Positions 39,683 to 49,455 of a DNA stretch of 64,000 nucleotides are shown piece by piece (within the stretch, counting starts at the first letter, position 1; each line of letters starts with the position of its first letter). A program made the translations under genes and the position numbers. The notes under the pieces are model-generated. The model was not told the DNA's origin, searched no databases, and saw nothing but the letters and a program-made list of their open reading frames with translations. Source of the DNA: Candidatus Eiseniibacteriota bacterium. Its GTDB lineage: Bacteria > Eisenbacteria > RBG-16-71-46 > JABDJR01. The stretch spans positions 160,001 to 224,000 of the forward strand of contig CAWANH010000029.1 of NCBI GenBank assembly GCA_963783375.1, read 5' to 3'.

Positions 39683-41257
39683 CTATCTGGCCAGGAGCAG
39701 CTTCTGGGTGAAGACGCCGCTCTCCCCGGTCAGGCGATAGAAGTAGAGCCCGTTGGCCAGCGCGCGCCCGTCGGCCGCGGTGCCGTCCCAGCGCACGGTG
39801 GTTTCACCGGCGGACACGATCCCGTCCACCAGGGTTCGCACCCTCCGTCCCTGGACGTCGAAGATGTCCAGGCGCGCCGCGCCCGTCTCAGAGGTCCGGA
39901 ACCGGATCTGGGTGCCGGCGGCCCGCACCGGGTTCGGGAAGTTGGGGAGGAGCTGGGTGTGGTCGGGAAGCCGCGCGATGTCGACTCCCGGGGACCCGTA
40001 GGTGTAGTTGGGGGTCGCGGGCGGGATGAGTCCCGCCGCCACCATGTGGCCGTTGTTGATCTCGTCGGCGATGGTCTTGGCGGTCTCGTCGTTGGCCGAG
40101 TTGCCGTCCGCGATCAGGTCCCAACAGTAGGTGACGGCCTGGGACACCGTGGAACCGTCCGAGCTGATCACCTGGTCCTGGCCGATCCCCAGGGACACCA
40201 CGTTGAGCAACAGGGCCATGAGCTGCTGCCGGGCCCGAAGCTCCATCTTCTTCCCGCCGTGGACGGTGAGGATCTCCTGGGCGGTCTCGAGCTTGGTGGT
40301 GGCGTCGGTGGCCGCGGCGAGGGCGTAGACGCCGACCGGATGGACCGGGTTCTCGGCGAAGTGGGCGGTGATGGCGTCCAGGTAGCCGAGGAACGTGGAG
40401 TAGGGAACCTGGGCCTTTCCCTTGCCGACCAGCCACGCGTTGGCCTGGTGCTTCCAGTAGCCGATGGTTCGGGGTGAGTTCTCGGCCTCCTGGCAGGCCA
40501 GGGCCGCGTCGACCGACTGGCCCTGGGTCGCGGACAGGTCGCCCGGATCCTCGTAGCCGATGGGGGTGGAGAGGCTCACGGAATAGGTGCCGGGGGGCAG
40601 GTTCTCGAAGGAGTAGCTCCCGTCGGCGGCGGTGATGGTGGAGGCCACCAGTTCGTTGAGGGAATCATAGAGGTCCACCACCACCGGGGAGAGCGGCAGG
40701 CCGCTGCAGTCCGAGGTGATCACCCCGCTCACCGGCGGGAAGTTGACCTCGACCACCGTCGAGCGCCCTTCGTGGGCGTAGCCGTCCAGCGCCTCGAAGA
40801 ACTGGTCGCCGGGGATGCCGGATCCCTTCCATAGGAAGGTCACCGAGAATCCGGTCCGGGTCTGCCCGGGAAGGATCGCGCCCGACCCGCTGGCGTTGAA
40901 GAAGTCGACCACCCAGGGGTTGGGATCGGGATCCTCGAACACGTCCGCGGTCCAACCCGAGGGGCCGGCAGCGCTGCCGGAGAACCCGACGGAGTTGTTG
41001 AAGTCGGTGTTGTCGCCCAGAAAGACCACGCCGCTGTCGGGGTCGCTGTCGAAGAAGACGAGGAGCTCGATCACCGACGGGGTCACCGCGTTGTTGGTGA
41101 GGCTGTAGTCGTACCGGTAGATCGAGGTGGACCCGGGTCCGGGGCCGACGTAGGTGAGGGTGGCCTCCAGGGTTGCGTCCTGGGCGGAAGCGATGCAGGG
41201 AAGCGCCACGAAAACCAGCAGGGCAAGCGCGATCCACGCGCCGGGGCGGCGAAGCAT
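39683..41257 (-). CDS. Secreted multidomain protein: N-domain paralogous to 39018-39590, SdrD-B/carboxypeptidase-regulatory-like domain, helical TIGYWK domain, C-terminal FlgD-Ig/T9SS-CTD-like domain
   Basis: AAGGAGG RBS with ATG at 41257; signal peptide ASA|Q; T.ADGSYSF.NL.PGTY; NFPNP..IFDVQGRRVRTL..WDG..G.YFYRL..KLLL. Confidence 0.82.
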   Translation of the reverse strand: MLRRPGAWIALALLVFVALPCIASAQDATLEATLTYVGPGPGSTSIYRYDYSLTNNAVTPSVIELLVFFDSDPDSGVVFLGDNTDFNNSVGFSGSAAGPSGWTADVFEDPDPNPWVVDFFNASGSGAILPGQTRTGFSVTFLWKGSGIPGDQFFEALDGYAHEGRSTVVEVNFPPVSGVITSDCSGLPLSPVVVDLYDSLNELVASTITAADGSYSFENLPPGTYSVSLSTPIGYEDPGDLSATQGQSVDAALACQEAENSPRTIGYWKHQANAWLVGKGKAQVPYSTFLGYLDAITAHFAENPVHPVGVYALAAATDATTKLETAQEILTVHGGKKMELRARQQLMALLLNVVSLGIGQDQVISSDGSTVSQAVTYCWDLIADGNSANDETAKTIADEINNGHMVAAGLIPPATPNYTYGSPGVDIARLPDHTQLLPNFPNPVRAAGTQIRFRTSETGAARLDIFDVQGRRVRTLVDGIVSAGETTVRWDGTAADGRALANGLYFYRLTGESGVFTQKLLLAR

Positions 41258-41331
41258 ACGGGACCTCCTTGGCGAGAAAACAAAGCAGCAGCGCACGAAG
41301 CAATTTCCCGGTGGGGAGACCGGACACATAG

Positions 41332-41360
41332 AGTGTAACATGATTTCAATAAGACAGCAA
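41332..41360 (-). promoter_or_regulatory. Sigma70 promoter for the secreted-protein pair
   Basis: Minus strand TTGCTG-17 bp-TACACT with extended -10 TG, in an AT-rich patch. Confidence 0.6.
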
Positions 41361-41447
41361 GGTTTTGCAATGAGCCGGAAATTGCGGAATACCGCGCCGT
41401 CCGGATCCCGCGGAACGGCGCTGCGGCGCCGGGCCCCGCGGCGGGCT

Positions 41448-41477
41448 TTGACACGACTTTCCAGGGTCGGCTATTCT
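41448..41477 (+). promoter_or_regulatory. Sigma70 promoter for the mqn operon
   Basis: TTGACA-18 bp-TATTCT. Confidence 0.6.
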
Positions 41478-41581
41478 CGTTCGTTCGCCCCCCCGATTCG
41501 CCGCGGGCATGGTCTGGTCGGAAGGTGTTTTTCAGCGGGAGCCGATCCCCCAGGGGGTGCCGGGCCCCGGGAGCTTGGAAC

Positions 41582-42754
41582 GTGTCGTCATTGTCTGCAC
41601 CCCCCGGGGGGCCCACCCCCGGCGCCTCGTCCCGGTCTCTCACCCCCCTCATGCTCCGGCGGCTGGAGCGGGCGGGGCTCGAACGGCTCGGCGGGAAGGT
41701 CCGGGCGGGCGAGCGCCTCGACTTCGAGGACGGGGTGGCCCTCTACGCCGCCCCCGACGCCGCCGCGGTGGGCATGCTGGCCAACCTGGCCCGGGAGCGC
41801 CTCCACGGCGACCGGACCTACTTCGTCCGGAACCGCCACCTGAACCCGACCAACGTCTGCGAGGCCGACTGCCTCTTCTGCGCCTTCAAGGCCGATCCCG
41901 GCGATTCCTCGGGATGGACCCTGGGCAAGGCGGCCATCCAGGAGCGGATCCGGAAGCTCATCACCGACGACGTGCGCGAGGTGCACGTGGTGGGGGGGCA
42001 CAACCCCGAGGTGGGCTACGACTACTTCGTGAACACCATCCGCTGGATCAAGGAGGTCCGTCCCGAGGTCCATGTCAAGGCCTACACCATGGCCGAGATC
42101 TTCTTCTTCTCCCAGATCTCGGGAAAGACGATCGAGGAGGTGGTGGCCGACCTCAAGGCCGCCGGCCTCGACGCCTGCACCGGGGGCGGGGCGGAGATCC
42201 TGGGCGAGAAGATCCGGAAGAAGATCGTCCGCGGAAAGGTGGACGGCGCGGGGTGGCTCGAGACCGCCCGCCGCGTTCACCGGGCCGGGGTGAAGTCCAA
42301 CTGCACCATGCTCTACGGCCACATCGAGAAGTCCGAGGACCGGGTGGATCATCTCCTGAGGCTCCGCGGGGTCCAGGACGAGACGGGGGGGTTCCAGGCC
42401 TTCGTCCCTCTCGCCTTCCACAACCAGAACAACCGCCTCCGCAAGCTCGATCCCCCCACCGGCATCGACGACCTCAAGAACCTCGCGGTGGCGCGGTTGA
42501 TCCTCGACAACGTCCCCCACATCAAGGCCTACTGGCCCATGCACACTCCCAAGCTGGCCCAGACCGCGCTCTGGATGGGGGTGGACGACGTGGACGGAAC
42601 GGTGGTGGAGGAGCACATCTACCACATGGCCGGCGCCCGCACCGACCAGGAGATGTCGGTGGAAGCCCTGGTGGAGATGATCCGCCGGGCCGGCCGGCTG
42701 CCGGTGGAGCGCGACGCCCTGTACGCCACGGTGCGGGAGTACCCCGAGCCGTGA
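41582..42754 (+). CDS. mqnE: Aminofutalosine synthase (radical SAM); start could be 41651
   Basis: NPTNVCEADCLFCAF, EVHVVGG, GGGAEI, TMLYGHIE and HIKAYW. Confidence 0.92.
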   Translation: MSSLSAPPGGPTPGASSRSLTPLMLRRLERAGLERLGGKVRAGERLDFEDGVALYAAPDAAAVGMLANLARERLHGDRTYFVRNRHLNPTNVCEADCLFCAFKADPGDSSGWTLGKAAIQERIRKLITDDVREVHVVGGHNPEVGYDYFVNTIRWIKEVRPEVHVKAYTMAEIFFFSQISGKTIEEVVADLKAAGLDACTGGGAEILGEKIRKKIVRGKVDGAGWLETARRVHRAGVKSNCTMLYGHIEKSEDRVDHLLRLRGVQDETGGFQAFVPLAFHNQNNRLRKLDPPTGIDDLKNLAVARLILDNVPHIKAYWPMHTPKLAQTALWMGVDDVDGTVVEEHIYHMAGARTDQEMSVEALVEMIRRAGRLPVERDALYATVREYPEP

Positions 42755-43551
42755 GCGCGCGGCGACTCCGGGTGGGGGTGGTCCGGTTCACCAACACCCT
42801 TCCCCTGGCCACCGGCCTGGAGGAGCACCTTCCCCAGGCGGAGCTGATCCGCACCACCCCGGCGGAGATCGCCGACCGGCTGGAGTCGGGGGAGATGGGG
42901 GTGGGGCTGGTTCCGGTGGCCTCGGTGGCCGCCCACCCGAGCTGGTCGGTGGTGCCGGGGCTGGGGATTGCCGCCGAGGGCCCGGTCCGCTCGGTGCTCC
43001 TGCTCTCACGGGTTCCGGTGGAGGAGATCCGGGTGCTGGTGGCCGATCCGGCCTCGCGCACCTCCAACGCCCTGGCCCGTCTGTGGCTTCGCCACCGCCT
43101 GGGCCGGGAGGTGGAGATCACCCCGGGAGCGCCCACCCTGGACGAGCGCCTGGCCGGTCACGACGCCACCGTGGCCATCGGCGACGACGCGCTGTTCTGG
43201 GACGGCGAGGCGCGGGAGCGGATCGATCTCGGGGGGGCGTGGACGGCCTGGACCGGGCTTCCCTTCGTGTTCGCGGTGTGGGCGGGGCCCGAAGCGGGAA
43301 CCCCCGAGCTGGCCCGCGCCTTTCACGCCTGCTACGAGGCCAACGCCTCCCGCGCGGCCGAGCTGGCCGGGGGGGCGTCGCCGGACGATCCCGAGCGGGC
43401 GGCGGTGATCGCCTCCTATCTTCGCGAGAGCATTCGCTACCGGCTGGGGGAGCGGGAGCGCGAGGGGCTCCTCAGGTACATTCAACTGGGTCGCGAGGCG
43501 GGGCTGTTCGTCCCGCGGCCCCAGGGGACGCTCAATGCCGACCTCCACTGA
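42751..43551 (+). CDS. mqnA: Chorismate dehydratase
   Basis: GTG at 42751; V.FTNTLPL, GPVRSVLL, SRTS, IGDDAL and TGLPFVFAVW. Confidence 0.92.
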   Translation: MSARRLRVGVVRFTNTLPLATGLEEHLPQAELIRTTPAEIADRLESGEMGVGLVPVASVAAHPSWSVVPGLGIAAEGPVRSVLLLSRVPVEEIRVLVADPASRTSNALARLWLRHRLGREVEITPGAPTLDERLAGHDATVAIGDDALFWDGEARERIDLGGAWTAWTGLPFVFAVWAGPEAGTPELARAFHACYEANASRAAELAGGASPDDPERAAVIASYLRESIRYRLGEREREGLLRYIQLGREAGLFVPRPQGTLNADLH

Positions 43552-44647
43552 AGCCCCGATCCGGGACCTGGACCTCGAGGCGCGCATCACCGCCGGCCGG
43601 CGCATCTCCGAGGAGGACGCGCTCCGGCTCATGGAACGCGCGGAGCTGAACTGGCTCGGCGCCCTGGCCCATGAGGTGCGCTTCCGCATGAACCCCGAGC
43701 CCCGGGTGACCTACAACATCGACCGGAACATCAACTACAGCAACATCTGCACCGCCCGCTGCCGGTTCTGCGCCTTCTACCTTCCCGAGACCTCCCCCCA
43801 CGGTTACGTCCTCACCTGGGAGGAGATGCGGGAGAAGATCGCCGAGCTGAGGGCGATCGGGGGGAACCAGGTCCTCCTCCAGGGCGGGCTCCATCCCGAT
43901 TTCACCGTGGAGTGGTACGAGGGGATGATCCGGCGGATGAAGGCGGAGTTTCCCGGGCTCTGGGTGCACGCGTTCAGCGCCCCGGAGATCGTGGCCATCG
44001 CCGGGCTCTCCGGGCTCTCCTATCGCGAGACCCTGGAGCGGTTGAAAGCGGCCGGGCTCGACTCCATGCCCGGCGGGGGCGCGGAGATCCTGGTTTCCCC
44101 GGTCCGGGACGAGATCGCGGTGGGGAAGTGCAACGGCGAGGAGTGGATCGAGGTGCACCGCCAGTGCCACCTTCTGGAATTGCCCACCACCGCCACCATG
44201 ATGTTCGGGAGCCTCGAGTCGACCGCCGACCGGATCGGCCATCTGAAGATGCTTCGCGACCTTCAGGACGAAACCGGGGGCTTCACCGCGTTCATCGCAT
44301 GGCCGTTCCAGCCCGACCACACCTCGCTCAGGAAGCGGGTGCCGCGTCCGGCAACCGCGGCGGAGTATCTCCGGGTCCAGGCGGTGGCGCGGATCTATCT
44401 CGACAACGTCCCCCACGTGCAGTCCTCGTGGGTGACCATGGGGGAAAAGATCGGCCAGCTGGCCCTCTTCTACGGGGCCGACGACTTCGGGAGCGTCATG
44501 ATGGAGGAAAACGTGGTCTCCGCCGCCGGCACCACCTACAACCTCGACGAGGAGCGGATCCGGCGGGCGGTGGAGCGGGCGGGCTTCACCCCGGTCCGTC
44601 GGGGCATGCGCTACGACCTCCTGGAGGAGGAGGCGGTCCCCGCGTAG
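43535..44647 (+). CDS. mqnC: Cyclic dehypoxanthine futalosine synthase (radical SAM)
   Basis: DRNINYSNICTARCRFCAFY, LLQGG, TATMMFG, QSSWVT and GSVMMEENVV. Confidence 0.94.
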   Translation: MPTSTEAPIRDLDLEARITAGRRISEEDALRLMERAELNWLGALAHEVRFRMNPEPRVTYNIDRNINYSNICTARCRFCAFYLPETSPHGYVLTWEEMREKIAELRAIGGNQVLLQGGLHPDFTVEWYEGMIRRMKAEFPGLWVHAFSAPEIVAIAGLSGLSYRETLERLKAAGLDSMPGGGAEILVSPVRDEIAVGKCNGEEWIEVHRQCHLLELPTTATMMFGSLESTADRIGHLKMLRDLQDETGGFTAFIAWPFQPDHTSLRKRVPRPATAAEYLRVQAVARIYLDNVPHVQSSWVTMGEKIGQLALFYGADDFGSVMMEENVVSAAGTTYNLDEERIRRAVERAGFTPVRRGMRYDLLEEEAVPA

Positions 44648-44652
44648 GAACC

Positions 44653-45537
44653 ATGGAGACGACCTCCGGCGGGGGGATGGCGGAACGCGTGCTGACCTTC
44701 GGGCACATGGTCCGCTTTTCCCATTCGGTCTTCGCCCTTCCTTTCGCGCTCTCCGGAGTGCTCTTCGCCATCCACCGGATCGGCTTCTGTCCCGGCCCCA
44801 TGGTCTGGCTCTGGGTGGTGGTGGCCATGGTAAGCGCCCGCTCGGCGGCCATGGCCTTCAACCGGATCGCGGACCGCCGGCTCGACGCGGCCAACCCCCG
44901 CACCCGGAACCGGGAGATCCCCCGCGGGGCCATGAGCCTTCCCACCGCGTGGGCGTTTACCCTCGGCGCCGGCGCGGTCTTCGTCTTCGCCTGCGCCATG
45001 CTGAACCCCCTCGCCCTGGCCCTCTCCCCGGCGGCCCTGGCCATCGTGGCGTTCTACTCCTTCACAAAACGCTTTACGTGGTCCAGTCATCTCTTTTTGG
45101 GTCTTGGGCTTGGGGTTGCTCCGGTCGGGGGGTGGGTGGCGGTGGCCGGCCGCCTCGACGCGGCCCCGTTCCTGGTCGCGGCGGGGGTGATCGGGTGGGT
45201 GGCCGGGTTCGACGTGTTCTACGCCCTCCAGGACCTGGAGTTCGACCGGCGGAGCGGCCTCCACTCCATTCCCGCTCGATTCGGCCCCCGCGGCGCGGTC
45301 ATCGCGGCGCGGATCCTCCACGCCGTCGCGGTGATCGCCCTGGCCTCGGTCTACCTCGCGCTGGACCTTTCTCCCTGGTACCTTGTCGGGATGGCGGTCA
45401 TCGCGGGGTTGCTCTTCTACGAACACCGGCTGGTCCGGACCGACGACCTGAGCCGGATCGACAAGGCGTTCTTCGACATGAACGCGGTGATCAGCGTGGT
45501 GTATCTCGTCACCGCGGTGGCGGGGACCCGGCTGTGA
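44653..45537 (+). CDS. UbiA-like polyprenyltransferase of the futalosine pathway
   Basis: HSVFALPFA, RSAAMAFNRIADRRLDAANPRT, YSFTKRFT and FD..YALQD. Confidence 0.92.
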   Translation: METTSGGGMAERVLTFGHMVRFSHSVFALPFALSGVLFAIHRIGFCPGPMVWLWVVVAMVSARSAAMAFNRIADRRLDAANPRTRNREIPRGAMSLPTAWAFTLGAGAVFVFACAMLNPLALALSPAALAIVAFYSFTKRFTWSSHLFLGLGLGVAPVGGWVAVAGRLDAAPFLVAAGVIGWVAGFDVFYALQDLEFDRRSGLHSIPARFGPRGAVIAARILHAVAVIALASVYLALDLSPWYLVGMAVIAGLLFYEHRLVRTDDLSRIDKAFFDMNAVISVVYLVTAVAGTRL

Positions 45538-45580
45538 TCCGGGCGTCTCGCGCCCCCCGGCGGGAAGACGGGAGCCCACG

Positions 45581-46199
45581 GTGAGCGCCCGGCGCATCGT
45601 GCTCGCGGTGACCGGAGCCAGCGGCGCGGTCTACGCCGAGCGTCTTCTCCGGGCCCTTCTCGTCGACGGCCACGCCGTGGACCTCGTGGTCTCGGCCTAC
45701 GGGGCGCGGCTCCTGAAGGAGGAGCGCGGTCTCCCCGGGGAGCCGCGGAAACTCGCCGAGGCGGTGTGCGCGCGCTACGACCTCGGGGAGGCCGCCGGCC
45801 GGGTGACCGGGCACGGTAACCAGGACCTGGGGGCCGGAATCTCCAGCGGCTCCTTCCCGGTTCACGGGATGGCGGTGGTGCCGGCCAGCATGCGCACCAT
45901 CGGCGCGACGGCGGCGGGGCTCGGCGCGACCCTGATCGACCGCGCGGCCATGGTGACCTTGAAGGAAGCGGCGCCCTCTGGTGCTGGTCCCCCGGGAGAC
46001 GCCCCTGAGCCGCATCCACCTCGAGAACCTCCTCCGCCTCCACGACGCCGGCGCGGTCATCCTCCCCGCCGACCCCGCGTTCTACCAGCGGCCGAAGACC
46101 TTCGAGGACCTGGGGGACTTCATCGCCGCCCGGGTCATGGAGCAGCTGGGCATCCCCCCCTCCCGGGACCTCTTCCCCCGGTGGGGGTTGGGGGAGTGA
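45581..46199 (+). CDS. ubiX: Flavin prenyltransferase UbiX; +1 frameshift near 45964-45969
   Basis: [19 protein letters not shown] and RAA.VTLKE in frame 45581; LVPRETP and P.FY.RP in frame 45981; removing one A gives [12 protein letters not shown]. Confidence 0.9.
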
Positions 46200-46206
46200 C
46201 CCCGGG

Positions 46207-46941
46207 GTGGCGGGCGCGTTGAGCGCGGAACGGCCGGGGGGAGAAAGCGCCGAGGCCTCGGCGCAGAAGCGGCGGGTCCGGGGGATGTTCGACGCCGTCG
46301 CCCCCCGATACGACCTCCTGAACCATCTCCTGAGCCTGGGGATCGACCGGCGGTGGCGGAAGCGCGCGATCGCCGCCCTCGAGCTTCGCCCCGGCGCGCT
46401 GGTGCTCGACCTCTGCGCCGGGACCGGCGACCTGGCCCTGGCCGCGCTGGCCGGGGCGCCGGGGGTGCGGGTGATCGGGGTGGACCTGGCCCGGGAGATG
46501 CTCGCGCGCGGGAGCCTGAAGCGCGCGGGAGGGCCGTTGCTCTTCGTCCAGGGGGACGCGGAGCAGCTGCCCCTGGCCGACCGCTCGGTGGATGCGGCCT
46601 CGGTGGGGTTCGGGATCCGGAACGTGGCCTCCCTCGGCGCCGCCTTCGCGGAAACCGCCCGTGTGCTCCGGCCGGGCGGGCGCTTCGCGGTGCTGGAGTT
46701 CACCACCCCGCCGAACCCGGTGTTTCGCGGGCTCTACCACGCCTACTTCCACCGGGTGCTGCCGGCGGTGGGGGGCATGGTGAGCGGACGGCCCGAGGCC
46801 TACGCCTACCTGCCCGAGTCGGTGGCGCGGTTTCCGGACCCGCCGGCCCTGGCCCGTCTGGCCCGGGAATCCGGCTTCCGGGAAGCGACCTGGGAACTCC
46901 TGAGCGGCGGGATCGCCGCGCTCCACGTGTGCCGGCGGTGA
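46207..46941 (+). CDS. menG: Demethylmenaquinone methyltransferase (UbiE/MenG)
   Basis: MFDAVAPRYDLLN, DLCAGTGD, FGIRNV, LEF and AY.YLPESV. Confidence 0.92.
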   Translation: MAGALSAERPGGESAEASAQKRRVRGMFDAVAPRYDLLNHLLSLGIDRRWRKRAIAALELRPGALVLDLCAGTGDLALAALAGAPGVRVIGVDLAREMLARGSLKRAGGPLLFVQGDAEQLPLADRSVDAASVGFGIRNVASLGAAFAETARVLRPGGRFAVLEFTTPPNPVFRGLYHAYFHRVLPAVGGMVSGRPEAYAYLPESVARFPDPPALARLARESGFREATWELLSGGIAALHVCRR

Positions 46942-46942
46942 C

Positions 46943-47875
46943 ATGGCGCGTCACGAAACCCCCGATCTGAACGATCGCCTGGAGTTCGCGGCCCTCTGCG
47001 CGCTCCTGGCCGCGCTCCGCCTCCCGTCGCCGGCCCGCGCCCGGCGCCTCGGGCGGGGGATCGGCCGCCTCGCCGCCCGGTTCGTGCCCCTCCGCCGCGA
47101 GGTGGCGCTCGAGAACCTCCAGGCGGCGTTTCCGGAGATGGACGCGGCGGCGCGGGCCGCGGTCTACGCCTCCATGGTCGAGAACCTGGGCGAGGTGCTG
47201 GCCGGGTTCGCGCGTTTCGGAAAGCGGCGCCCCGAGCCCATCACCGAAACCCTACGGGTGGCCAACCCCGAGGTCTTCGCCGAGGCCCGCCGCGCCGGCC
47301 GGGGGGCGATTTTCCTCACCGCCCACTACGGAAACTGGGAAGCGTTCGGCGCAGCGGCGGCCGCCGCCGGCTATCCGGTGACCGTTCTGGGCGGGCGCCA
47401 GCGGAATCCCCTGGTGGAGTCGCTCTTCGCCCGGTACCGGGGGAACATGGGACTCGGGACGCTCACCGTGGGGAAGAGCCTCAAGCCGTTGGTGAAGGCG
47501 CTCCGCGAGGGCTCCTTCGTGGCGTCCCTGGCCGACCAGGACGGCGGCCGCGACGGGTTCTTCCTGGACTTTCTGGGCCGGAAGGCCTCGGTGCAGCCGG
47601 GCCTGTTCCGGCTTCTGGCGCGAAGCGGGGTGCCCCTGGTCACCGGGTTCGCGGTCCGGGACGGCGCCGGTTGGCAGGGGGAGCTTCAGTCGCCGGTGTG
47701 GCCCCGACGCGCGCGGGACGAGGCCTCGGTGGACGCCGAAGCGAGGCGCCTGGCCGCGCTCTACACCCTGCGGGTGGAGCAATACGTGCGCGCCCGCCCC
47801 GATCACTGGTTCTGGGTCCACCGCCGCTGGCGCACCCGGCCGCCGGAGGGATCCGCGGGGACGGTTCGCGGCTGA
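46943..47875 (+). CDS. Lipid A late acyltransferase (LpxL/HtrB family)
   Basis: AHYGNWE, LADQ, FLG and PDHWFWVHRRW. Confidence 0.88.
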   Translation: MARHETPDLNDRLEFAALCALLAALRLPSPARARRLGRGIGRLAARFVPLRREVALENLQAAFPEMDAAARAAVYASMVENLGEVLAGFARFGKRRPEPITETLRVANPEVFAEARRAGRGAIFLTAHYGNWEAFGAAAAAAGYPVTVLGGRQRNPLVESLFARYRGNMGLGTLTVGKSLKPLVKALREGSFVASLADQDGGRDGFFLDFLGRKASVQPGLFRLLARSGVPLVTGFAVRDGAGWQGELQSPVWPRRARDEASVDAEARRLAALYTLRVEQYVRARPDHWFWVHRRWRTRPPEGSAGTVRG

Positions 47876-47911
47876 GTCCCGGACGAATTGACGGGACCGG
47901 CCGGGCTCCGG

Positions 47912-49333
47912 CTAACGCGCCGCCGGTTCTTCGTACACCACCCCGTCCTTGATCACCGTCCTTCGGCTGAGCAGGTTCTGCGGGTCCTCGATCGGGCTCC
48001 GGTCGAAGAGCACCAGGTCCGCCTTCATCCCGGGTTCGATCGCCCCCACCGAATCCTGGATTCCCATCGTCTCCGCGGTGTTCCAGGTGGCGATGGTGAG
48101 CACCGCGGCCATGGGAATCCCCGCCTGGTGGAGGAGCAGCATCTCCGAGAGGGCGGACTTTCCGGGTTCGGCGCTGTCGGTGCCCAGGTTGAGCCGCACC
48201 CCGTCGTCGTACATCCGCTTCACGGTGCCGAGCATCACCCGGAAGCCTTCCCGTCCCTGGGCCATCAAGGTGTCCGAGTATGCGGAGAGGTCGTCGAAGT
48301 TCCCCACCGGTGGCGGCGCGAAGTAGGTGAATCCGTAGAGCCGGCCGAAGACGTGAAGGGTGGGGGTGACCGAGGTGCCGGTCGCGGCGAGCCGCTCGAT
48401 GAGGGCGTTCATGCGCGGGTCGTCGGGGCCGAGGTGGGCGAGGTAGCCCATGGTCTGGGCGAAGAAGAGCCCGTTCCGGCTCTCGCCGGCCAGGGGCTTC
48501 ACCTCGTGGAGCCACACCGCTTCCTGCTCTTCGGGGGTCAGCACCTCCTTGACCAGGGTATAGGCGTGTTCCACGTCCCGAAGCCCCAGATCCAGCGCCT
48601 TCCCGATCGAGAACACGTTGAAGTCGATGTGGGCGAAGGGAATCATGCCGAGCGACTGGGCCTCGTGGATGGCCGCGGTGAACTCGGGCTCCCGAAGACG
48701 CCAGTAGAGCTTCACGAACCGGAACCCCAGCTCGTGGTACTGGCGGACCTTGGCCGCGGCCGCCTCGGGACTCGCCACCTCCACGTGGCCGGGATAGGGA
48801 ACACGCCCCTCCTCGTGGGAGACCAGGGCCCCGCCGCAGGGATAGAAGTCGGGGGCCCAGGGAACGGAGCGCATCCAGGCCACGAGCATGGGTAGGTCGC
48901 GTTCGTCGTCCCCGGCCGACCGGACCGAGGTCACCCCGTAGGGGAGATAGGCGCGGGCCCACCGGTGGCGATAAACGGCGATCGAATCGGGGTCCATGCT
49001 GAGGTTGACGACCGGCCCCCCGGTGGCGGTGACCGAATCGGCGAGGACGAACGCGGTGTGGTGGTGGCCGTCGATCAGGCCGGGAGTGAGAAGTCGGCCT
49101 TCGGCGTCGATCACCCGGCGGGCCCGGGGGGCCTTCTCCGAACCGGAACGCACCGCGGCGATCCGCCCGTCATCGACGATCACCGTCCGGTCGGGAAGCA
49201 CGGCCCCGGTCCGGGCGTCGAAGACGTCGGCGTGAATCACTGCGAGCTGGGCCGGGGGAGAGCCTCCGCAGGCGGCGAGGGCGGCGGCCAGGAAGAGAGC
49301 GGTCGGGAGTTTCGGACGAGAACTCTGGGTCAC
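47912..49333 (-). CDS. Amidohydrolase-family lipoprotein
   Basis: Lipobox LAAC, PGLIDGHHH, VK.Y, GTDS and G.IEPGMKADLVL. Confidence 0.88.
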   Translation of the reverse strand: MTQSSRPKLPTALFLAAALAACGGSPPAQLAVIHADVFDARTGAVLPDRTVIVDDGRIAAVRSGSEKAPRARRVIDAEGRLLTPGLIDGHHHTAFVLADSVTATGGPVVNLSMDPDSIAVYRHRWARAYLPYGVTSVRSAGDDERDLPMLVAWMRSVPWAPDFYPCGGALVSHEEGRVPYPGHVEVASPEAAAAKVRQYHELGFRFVKLYWRLREPEFTAAIHEAQSLGMIPFAHIDFNVFSIGKALDLGLRDVEHAYTLVKEVLTPEEQEAVWLHEVKPLAGESRNGLFFAQTMGYLAHLGPDDPRMNALIERLAATGTSVTPTLHVFGRLYGFTYFAPPPVGNFDDLSAYSDTLMAQGREGFRVMLGTVKRMYDDGVRLNLGTDSAEPGKSALSEMLLLHQAGIPMAAVLTIATWNTAETMGIQDSVGAIEPGMKADLVLFDRSPIEDPQNLLSRRTVIKDGVVYEEPAAR

Positions 49334-49455
49334 GGCTTCCTCCCCCGGGGAACCCGGCCGGAGCGCGGAAACGGCCCGCCGGCGGCCGATACGGGGCCCG
49401 GAGGGGTTCCCCGGGCCCCCAGCTCAGATCCGGGCGTCCATCCGCCGATAACGGG

